Source of the DNA: Dickeya dadantii NCPPB 898
GTDB lineage: Bacteria > Pseudomonadota > Gammaproteobacteria > Enterobacterales > Enterobacteriaceae
Length of the DNA stretch: 32,000 nucleotides
Direction of reading: 5' to 3'
Assembly: GCF_000406145.1 (NCBI RefSeq)
Contig: NZ_CM001976.1
Location: 3,357,163 to 3,389,162 of the forward strand
Under the pieces are notes generated by a model, which had not been told where the DNA came from, did no database searches, and saw nothing but the letters and a program-made list of their open reading frames with translations. Of the stretch, positions 26,429-32,000 are shown one piece after another. The position numbers and the translations under genes were made by a program. Position 1 is the first letter of the stretch. Each line of letters starts with the position of its first letter.

Positions 26429-27985
26429 TCAAACGGACGCCGGGTCGGCGGCATAACTGGGCAATAATGCGGTGATCACGGACGGCCAGCGTTCGCGGCT
26501 GGCCCACTGGCGCATCAGGTCAATATCGGTCGCCATCAGGCGGTCGTGGTCCAGAAACGCGACCTGTTCACGCACCTGAGCCAGTTCGCGTTCCAGCAAC
26601 GGCGAGCTTTTCAGCGGACGATGGAAATCGATGCCTTGCGCGGCGGCCATCGCTTCAATCCCCACCACGGTGGCGGTGTTAAAACACATGCTGCCGAGAC
26701 GGCGGGCGGCGTAGGTCGCCATCGACACATGATCCTCCTGATTGGCGGAGGTCGGCAGGCTGTCCACGCTGCCGGGATGGGCCAGCGACTTGTTTTCCGA
26801 CGCCAGCGCGGCGGCGGTGACCTGGGCGATCATAAACCCGGAATTGACGCCGCCGTCGTTAACCAGAAACGGCGGCAGCCCGGACAATGTGCTGTCGAGC
26901 AGCAGCGCCATGCGCCGCTCGGAAATGGCGCCGATTTCCGCCACCGCCAGTGCGATGATATCGGCGGCGAACGCCACCGGTTCGGCGTGAAAATTGCCGC
27001 CGGAGATCACCTCGTCGGTTTCCGGAAACACCAGCGGATTATCCGACGCGGCGTTGGCTTCGATGCACAGCACGCGGGCGGCGTGCTGCAAATTATCCAG
27101 ACACGCGCCCATCACCTGCGGCACGCAGCGGATGGAGTACGGGTCCTGCACCCGGCCGCAGTTAGCATGCGACTGCAAAATCTCGCTGTCCGTCAGCAAA
27201 GTGCTGACCGCCGCCGCCACCGCCATCTGCCCTTGCTGACCGCGCGCCTGATGGATGCGGGCGTCGAACGGCTTCACCGAGCCTTTGATCGCTTCCAGCG
27301 ACAGCGCGCCGGCCACCAGCCCGGCGGCAAACACCTTTTCGGCCTCGAACAGCCCGCGTAGCGCCAGTGCGGTGGACACCTGGGTGCCGTTGAGCAGCGC
27401 CAGCCCCTCTTTCGGCCCCAGCACCAGCGGTTCAACGCCCGCCCGCACCAGCCCCTCGGCCGCCGGAATCAACACGCCGTCGACCCGCGCCGGCCCTTCT
27501 CCCAGCAGCAGCAGCGACAGGTGCGCCAGCGGCGCCAGATCGCCGCTGGCGCCCACCGAGCCTTTCTCCGGAATGCAGGGCATCACCCCGGCGTTGAACA
27601 GCGCCAGCAAGGTGTCGATCACCTGCAACCGTACCCCGGAATGCCCGCGCGCCAGGCTGACGACTTTGGTCGCCATCACCAGACGCAGTACGTCATCCGG
27701 CAACAAGTCGCCGATGCCCACGCTGTGAGACAGCACCAGATTACGTTGCAGCTCCGCCAGTCGCTCCGCGGGAATGCGGGTTTGGGCCAGCTTGCCAAAA
27801 CCGGTGTTGATGCCATAGACCACCCGGTCCTGACGGACAATGCGCTGCACCGTTTCCTGCGCCGCCGCCACCGCCGCGCGCGCCTGCTCCACCAGCGTCA
27901 GGGTGACATTGCCCTGATAAATGGCGCGCAGCGTGGCGAGATCCACCGCGCCGGGCGTCAGGCAATAGCTTCGGGTTTGTGACAT
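26429..27985 (-). CDS. hutH: Histidine ammonia-lyase
   Basis: The start is ATG 27985 ([14 protein letters not shown]). The MIO-forming motif [15 protein letters not shown] is present, along with [20 protein letters not shown] and [10 protein letters not shown]. The longer ORF-track start at 28060 has no homology support. Confidence 0.92.
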   Translation of the reverse strand: MSQTRSYCLTPGAVDLATLRAIYQGNVTLTLVEQARAAVAAAQETVQRIVRQDRVVYGINTGFGKLAQTRIPAERLAELQRNLVLSHSVGIGDLLPDDVLRLVMATKVVSLARGHSGVRLQVIDTLLALFNAGVMPCIPEKGSVGASGDLAPLAHLSLLLLGEGPARVDGVLIPAAEGLVRAGVEPLVLGPKEGLALLNGTQVSTALALRGLFEAEKVFAAGLVAGALSLEAIKGSVKPFDARIHQARGQQGQMAVAAAVSTLLTDSEILQSHANCGRVQDPYSIRCVPQVMGACLDNLQHAARVLCIEANAASDNPLVFPETDEVISGGNFHAEPVAFAADIIALAVAEIGAISERRMALLLDSTLSGLPPFLVNDGGVNSGFMIAQVTAAALASENKSLAHPGSVDSLPTSANQEDHVSMATYAARRLGSMCFNTATVVGIEAMAAAQGIDFHRPLKSSPLLERELAQVREQVAFLDHDRLMATDIDLMRQWASRERWPSVITALLPSYAADPASV

Positions 27986-27994
27986 ATATCTAAT

Positions 27995-28008
27995 CCTGTA
28001 TAGACAAG
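27995..28008. promoter_or_regulatory. HutC-type (GntR/HutC subfamily) operator candidate upstream of hutH
   Basis: CCTGTATAGACAAG has the form GT-N-TA..TA-N-AC. It matches the reverse complement of the 30762-30775 site at 13 of 14 positions. It lies 10-23 nt upstream of the hutH ATG. Confidence 0.6.
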
Positions 28009-28015
28009 TAGAACT

Positions 28016-28056
28016 AAAAAAATCCGGCTGATGCTTTTCCATTATCCAGCCGGTAC
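28016..28056 (-). terminator. Rho-independent terminator or attenuator between the ABC ATPase gene and hutH
   Basis: On the minus strand the structure reads CCGGCTG(g)AT-aatggaaaagc-ATCAGCCGG followed by ATTTTTTT, a T7 run. Confidence 0.6.
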
Positions 28057-28094
28057 GCATGTTTCATCCTGCATATCCCCGGCAGGCAGGCCGC

Positions 28095-28880
28095 TCAATG
28101 CGCCAGTGCCTGTAGGGTTTCACTGCGAATCTCTTCCGTTACCCGCGCTTTCAGCGCCATAAATTCCGGCGAGGTTTTAAGGGTATAGTCTCTCGGCCAG
28201 GGAAAATCCACCGCCACTTCGGTTTTAATCCGCCCCGGTCGGGCGCTGAAAATCGCCACCTTATTCGCCATAAAAATCGCCTCGTCGATGTCGTGGGTGA
28301 CAAACAGCACCGTCTTGCGCGACGACTCCCACACCGACAACAACAGTTCCTGCATCATGACCCGGGTCTGGTTATCCAGCGCGCCGAACGGTTCGTCCAT
28401 CAACAGCACTTTCGGGTCGTTAGCCAGCGCGCGGGCAATGGCGGTACGCTGCTGCATGCCGCCGGAGAGCTGGCGCGGATAGTGGTGTTCGAATCCGTGC
28501 AACCCCACCTGATGCAGATAATAATCGCTGCGCTCATGCTGCTGCGCCTTGCTGATGCCACGCTCCTGCAAGCCGAAACAGATGTTCTCGCGCACCGTCA
28601 GCCACGGAAACAGGGTGTAGCTCTGGAACACCATGCCGCGATCGGCGCCGGGTCCGTCCACCAGCGCGCCGTCCAGCCACACTTCGCCGCGGGTCGGTGC
28701 ATCCAACCCGGCGATGATGCGCAGCAGGGTCGACTTGCCGCAGCCGGACGGCCCTAAAATCGTGACGAAGTCGTTTTCATGTACCTGATAGTCGATGGGT
28801 TGCAGCGCCGCAATCGCCTCGCCGTGCGGGCCGGTAAACACCCGCTCCACCTGACGAATAGTCAGTTTGCTGTATTTCAT
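28095..28880 (-). CDS. ABC transporter ATP-binding protein, NitT/TauT (SsuB/TauB-like) family
   Basis: It has Walker A (GPSGCGKST), LSGGMQQRTAIARAL and LLMDEPFGALD. At 261 aa it has no extra domain. It overlaps the permease stop by 4 nt (ATGA). Confidence 0.88.
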   Translation of the reverse strand: MKYSKLTIRQVERVFTGPHGEAIAALQPIDYQVHENDFVTILGPSGCGKSTLLRIIAGLDAPTRGEVWLDGALVDGPGADRGMVFQSYTLFPWLTVRENICFGLQERGISKAQQHERSDYYLHQVGLHGFEHHYPRQLSGGMQQRTAIARALANDPKVLLMDEPFGALDNQTRVMMQELLLSVWESSRKTVLFVTHDIDEAIFMANKVAIFSARPGRIKTEVAVDFPWPRDYTLKTSPEFMALKARVTEEIRSETLQALAH

Positions 28881-29728
28881 CGTATGCTCCAGGCGAATAA
28901 ACGGCGGTTGGCGGCCTTGAACAGGAAGTCGGACAGCAGCCCAATCACCCCGATCACGATAATGCCGAAGATGATTTGCCCGGTGTTAAGCAGCGCCTGA
29001 CTGTCGACAATCATGTGGCCGATGCCGCTCGACGCGCCGATCAGCTCGGCGACGATCACGTAGGTCCACGCCCAGCCCAGCACCAGCCGCAATAGCTCGG
29101 CGATATCCGGCGCCGCGCCGGGGATCAGCACCCGGATGACCACGCTGCGGTTGGAGCAACCCAGCGTATAGGCCGCTTCTACCAGATCGCGACGGGCCGC
29201 GCCAACGCTGACCGCCACCATCAGCACGATCTGGAAAAAAGAGCCGATAAAAATCACCAGGATCTTCTGCATCTCGCCGATACCGGCCCACAGAATCAAC
29301 AGCGGCACAAACGCCGACGCGGGCAGATAGCGGCAGAACGACACAAACGGCTCGAAGAACGCTTCCACCAATTTGTACGCGCCCATCAGGATGCCCAGCG
29401 GCACCCCGATTAACGCCGCCAGCAGAAAACCGGCTACCACGCGCATCACCGTCATGCCGATGTCCTGCTGAAAACCGTAATCGGTAAACAGCAGCACCCC
29501 CTCATGCAACATGGTCAACGGGTCGGCCAGAAAGGTGGCGGACACCGCGCCGCTAAACGTCACCAGCGACCACATCCCGATGAACAGCACGAAGAAGCCG
29601 ATGCCGAGCGTCCAGCGCAGACGCGTCGATACCGCACGCAGCGGCACCATCAGCGGGTTATGCACCCGCGCCGGCGCCTCCGGCAATGCCGCGGGTGCCA
29701 TCTTCGCCGATTGGGTGAGACTGTTCAT
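28877..29728 (-). CDS. ABC transporter permease, NitT/TauT (SsuC/TauC-like) family
   Basis: It has six TM segments and an EAA-like loop (DLVEAAYTLGCSNRSVVIRVLIPGAAP). I prefer ATG 29728, which has a perfect AAGGAGG 5 nt upstream. The ORF-track start at 29743 is possible. Confidence 0.85.
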   Translation of the reverse strand: MNSLTQSAKMAPAALPEAPARVHNPLMVPLRAVSTRLRWTLGIGFFVLFIGMWSLVTFSGAVSATFLADPLTMLHEGVLLFTDYGFQQDIGMTVMRVVAGFLLAALIGVPLGILMGAYKLVEAFFEPFVSFCRYLPASAFVPLLILWAGIGEMQKILVIFIGSFFQIVLMVAVSVGAARRDLVEAAYTLGCSNRSVVIRVLIPGAAPDIAELLRLVLGWAWTYVIVAELIGASSGIGHMIVDSQALLNTGQIIFGIIVIGVIGLLSDFLFKAANRRLFAWSIR

Positions 29729-29746
29729 GTCCGCCTCCTTCATCGG

Positions 29747-30709
29747 TTATTTCACATAGCTGGCGTCGTACAGCGCGGACAGCTCCGGCTTCTGGCGGAT
29801 CACTTTCGCCTCCAGCAACAGTTTGGCCGCTTCCTCGCTGAATCGGGCGATCTCGCCGCTGAAAAAGACGCGGTTTTGCTCTCTGTCCTGCCAGCGCAGG
29901 TACTGCGCCGACTGGGCGAACGCCTGCCCGCTGGTTTTCACCGCCGCCCCCATAATCTCGTAAGCCTTGTCCGGCTGGGTTTTGATCATCGCCAGAGCGT
30001 CAAAGTAACTGTCCACCAGCGCTTTTCCCACCTGCGGGTGTTTTTTCAGGAAATCCGGCGTGCAACCCAGCGTGTCCATCACCATCGGGTAATCGAGCGT
30101 GGTGGCGAGGATTTTTCCTTTGTCCGGTTGCTGACGCACGGTGGACAGATAAGGCTCGTAACTCATGGCGGCGTCGTTCTGACCGGCGACGAATGCCTGC
30201 GCGGCGGCCTGCGGCGACAACGTCGCCACTTTCACGTCTTTCAGGCTCATGCCGTTTTTATCCAGAATCCACGCCAGCGCGAAATAAGGCGAGGTGCCCG
30301 GCGCATCAACGCCGATGGTTTTGCCTTTCAGATCGTGCACACTGCTGATGTCGTTACGCACCGCCAGCCCGTCGGCGCCGTAGGATTTATCGAGCTGGAC
30401 GATCTGTTTGAGCACCACGCCGCTGGCCGCCCAGGAGACGTAGGTTTCCACCGTGGTGGCGGCGCACTGAATCGCGCCGGATGCCACCGCCAGATGGCGG
30501 TCTTTCTGCGGGATCATTTTCAGATCTACTTTCAGTCCATGCTGCTGGAAAATGCCGGCCTTGTCCGCCAGCGTCAGCGGGGCGAAGCCGGTCCAGCCGG
30601 AAATGCCGATAGCCACCAGCGTTTCTTCTGCCTGTGCGGAGACGGCGGCGGCCAGACAAACTGCCATCAACGAGACTGTCCAACCGGTACGACCTGGTGC
30701 TGTACTCAT
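29747..30709 (-). CDS. Periplasmic substrate-binding protein, NMT1/THI5-like (SsuA/TauA/ThiY) family
   Basis: The start is ATG 30709 with AGGAG upstream. The signal peptide is MSTAPGRTGWTVSLMAVCLAAAVSAQA. The body is typical of SsuA-like binding proteins (GWTGFAPL...GKTIGV...SPYF...). Confidence 0.82.
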   Translation of the reverse strand: MSTAPGRTGWTVSLMAVCLAAAVSAQAEETLVAIGISGWTGFAPLTLADKAGIFQQHGLKVDLKMIPQKDRHLAVASGAIQCAATTVETYVSWAASGVVLKQIVQLDKSYGADGLAVRNDISSVHDLKGKTIGVDAPGTSPYFALAWILDKNGMSLKDVKVATLSPQAAAQAFVAGQNDAAMSYEPYLSTVRQQPDKGKILATTLDYPMVMDTLGCTPDFLKKHPQVGKALVDSYFDALAMIKTQPDKAYEIMGAAVKTSGQAFAQSAQYLRWQDREQNRVFFSGEIARFSEEAAKLLLEAKVIRQKPELSALYDASYVK

Positions 30710-30761
30710 GTTTCTACTCCTGTCAGGAAAAGAAAAAGCAATGGACCGCAAGTGTTATAAT

Positions 30762-30775
30762 CTTGTCTATACAAG
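30762..30775. promoter_or_regulatory. HutC-type operator candidate in the ABC-operon promoter region
   Basis: CTTGTCTATACAAG has the arms CTTGT/ACAAG. It lies 53 nt upstream of the binding-protein ATG. It is immediately upstream, in gene orientation, of a TATAAC -10-like hexamer (30754-30759). Confidence 0.6.
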
Positions 30776-31007
30776 CAAGGGTCATGCCAGCACAGCGCAA
30801 CTGGCGAACTGACGGGAAGAACAGCGGAATTATGCGACAGGAATGGGGGTTAACCCCGGAGGAGAACCGGCAGAGCGCCCTATAACGGTGCACCCTGCCC
30901 TGTTTTCAGCCATGCAAACGGCATTGTGCTGTTTGGGGCTGTTGCCCCTTTAAGTGCCAAACCAAGGGTTTTTTCGGCGTCAGAAACTGTGCTGAGGCGG
31001 GCGACTT

Positions 31008-31254
31008 CGCCGGATGCGCGGCAGGGAAGCCGCGCAAGCTCGTGCCGTGTCTGACAAAAACGCCGGGAGCGTTTTTGAACAGCGTTTACGCTGGCCCGTA
31101 GGGCGAGCCCCAGGGATGGGGCGAGTAATCACGTCACGGGCGGTTCGAACAGCGAAGGCGAACGTCGAAGGGAGCGCGCAGCGGCACACCATTTTGCAAC
31201 GCAAAATGGAACAGCGCTTGCGCTGGCCCGCAAGGGTGAACCCGTCAGGGTTCA
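31008..31254. repeat. REP/BIME-like cluster of GC-rich extragenic palindromes
   Basis: GCCGGATGCGCGGC-agggaa-GCCGCGCA resembles the E. coli REP core GCCGGATGCGGCG. There are two copies of a ~34-nt unit, GAACAGCG(T/C)TT(A/G)CGCTGGCCCG(T/C)A(A)GGG(C/T)GA(G/A)CCC, at 31077-31110 and 31209-31243, plus a degenerate third at about 31146. Each has internal hairpins. Confidence 0.7.
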
Positions 31255-31466
31255 TAATTTAGCCCCCAGCCAGTGGTCAAGGAGAGGCGGCGTTTGAGTC
31301 TCTCTTGTTGTGCGTGCGATGTATTTGCAACTGGACTACCGCCGTTTATTCCGCTCGTCATTATCGTCTGACCTGGCGTACTTCAGCACGCTTATAACAC
31401 AGCATGGACTAGTTTGTTCATCGCCGCAACCGACATTACACCATTTACAGCCTGCGTATATATCCG

Positions 31467-32000
31467 TCAGGCGGCATTCAAACCGATAAAACCATAATAC
31501 TGAGACGGCCCGGTTACCGCCTCGGCACCGGCCTGTTTCAAGGTTTCCAGCACGTCCTCGCCGGAAACGTGGAACTGCCATGCCCGGCTGAGCCCCGCTT
31601 CGGCATGCTCTTCAGCGCTGAATTGCCCGGCCAGTTCCAGCGCCGACGTAAAGGCCGTCATGTCCGGCAGATAGGCGGTGAAACCATCACCTTTCAGCGC
31701 GCTAGTCGCGATCCCCAGCCAGTTGCAAATCGACGCTTTAAAGTAGATATCCTCGCGGTCCGCCTGCCGGGAGCGTTCGATCAACGCCTGCGTTTCACTA
31801 TCCACCAGCCGGTCCGAGACAATCAGCGTGTCCCCTTGCTGCCAGGCTTCCGGCGGGCAGTCTTTGTTAGCCTGCCGCAACGAAATATGCGGGTTGATCT
31901 CCATCGGGTAAATGCGGCACACCAGCGGGCGCCGATCATAGATCCGACAGCGCAGATCCTCATCCAGATGCCGGCAGGAGTCAGGGTTGTACGCCGCGAA
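31467..32000 (-). CDS. YkgJ-family (CxxCxxCC / UPF0153) Cys-cluster protein. Only the C-terminal part is present; the gene continues past the window end.
   Basis: The reading frame is open to the window edge and gives ...FAAYNPDSCRHLDEDLRCRIYDRRPLVCRIYPMEINPH... This contains the family's C-x-IY-x2-RP-x2-CR-x-YP signature. The ORF-track start at 31922 is an internal GTG. Confidence 0.65.
   Translation of the reverse strand, partial: FAAYNPDSCRHLDEDLRCRIYDRRPLVCRIYPMEINPHISLRQANKDCPPEAWQQGDTLIVSDRLVDSETQALIERSRQADREDIYFKASICNWLGIATSALKGDGFTAYLPDMTAFTSALELAGQFSAEEHAEAGLSRAWQFHVSGEDVLETLKQAGAEAVTGPSQYYGFIGLNAA

Noticed and set aside
31138-31155. GGTTCGAAC, a tRNA T-loop-like string that could mark a tRNA gene or an integration-site remnant.
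   Set aside because: The flanking bases do not form a T-stem (GGGCG versus CAGCG), and no acceptor or anticodon arms can be drawn. It is part of the degenerate REP-like unit.
31008-31300. The hairpin array as a CsrB/RsmB-type RsmA-sponge sRNA.
   Set aside because: There are only about 6 GGA motifs in about 260 nt. That is close to the chance expectation of about 5 for this base composition, whereas E. coli CsrB has about 20 in 369 nt. There is no strong terminal terminator. The first element looks like a REP core. The idea is kept only as a low-probability alternative in the findings.
31336-31581. An 81-aa minus-strand ORF overlapping the 3' end of the YkgJ-family gene.
   Set aside because: It is out of frame with, and largely inside, a gene with family support. 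Its product is Arg/Cys/Gly-rich with no motif.

Overview
This 32 kb window reads as chromosomal DNA from a soft-rot Pectobacteriaceae genome. It looks Dickeya-like, judged from the galactan (gan) locus plus a PelI-type pectate lyase. Coding density is high and GC is roughly 55-60%, with a few AT-rich intergenic islands.

Gene order:
- azoR (5' part only), divergent from a LysR regulator.
- The complete galactan-utilisation locus: ganR (LacI-like), ganL porin, and on the minus strand ganE-ganF-ganG-ganA-ganB followed by a small orphan PTS-EIIB-like gene. ganK (MalK-like ATPase) is divergent from ganE.
- A 476-bp structured non-coding region, then an M20D amidohydrolase.
- A small lipoprotein gene and an orphan ORF, then pelI (Fn3 + PL3 pectate lyase).
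- A YbdH-like Fe-alcohol dehydrogenase, divergent from an rspA-rspB / ydfJ-ydfI / rspR(ydfH) sugar-acid cluster that is syntenic with the E. coli rsp/ydf genes (L-gulonate/D-mannonate type).
- A minus-strand block: a NitT/TauT-family ABC transporter (SBP-permease-ATPase) followed by hutH-hutU.
- A REP/BIME-like hairpin array, then the 3' part of a YkgJ-family Cys-cluster protein gene.

I found no rRNA or tRNA genes, CRISPR arrays, IS elements, integrases, phage genes or defence-type genes. I do not see a convincing new multi-gene system.

The observations most worth a second look are:
1. The ganL porin gene is split by a frameshift in an A7 run.
2. Candidate operators resembling lac O1 recur upstream of ganL, ganE and ganK, arranged with a CRP-like palindrome in the same order as in the lac control region.
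3. An orphan EIIB-domain gene ends the gan ABC operon.
4. A near-identical 14-bp HutC-type palindrome lies upstream of both the ABC transporter and hutH. This ties an NMT1/SsuA-type uptake system to histidine or urocanate catabolism.
5. Short tandem duplications of 13-18 bp units are unusually frequent at gene 5' ends or just upstream. One is a 4 x 14 bp array abutting the amidohydrolase start.

All functional calls come from reading the translated ORFs against remembered family sequences and motifs. No database search was run.
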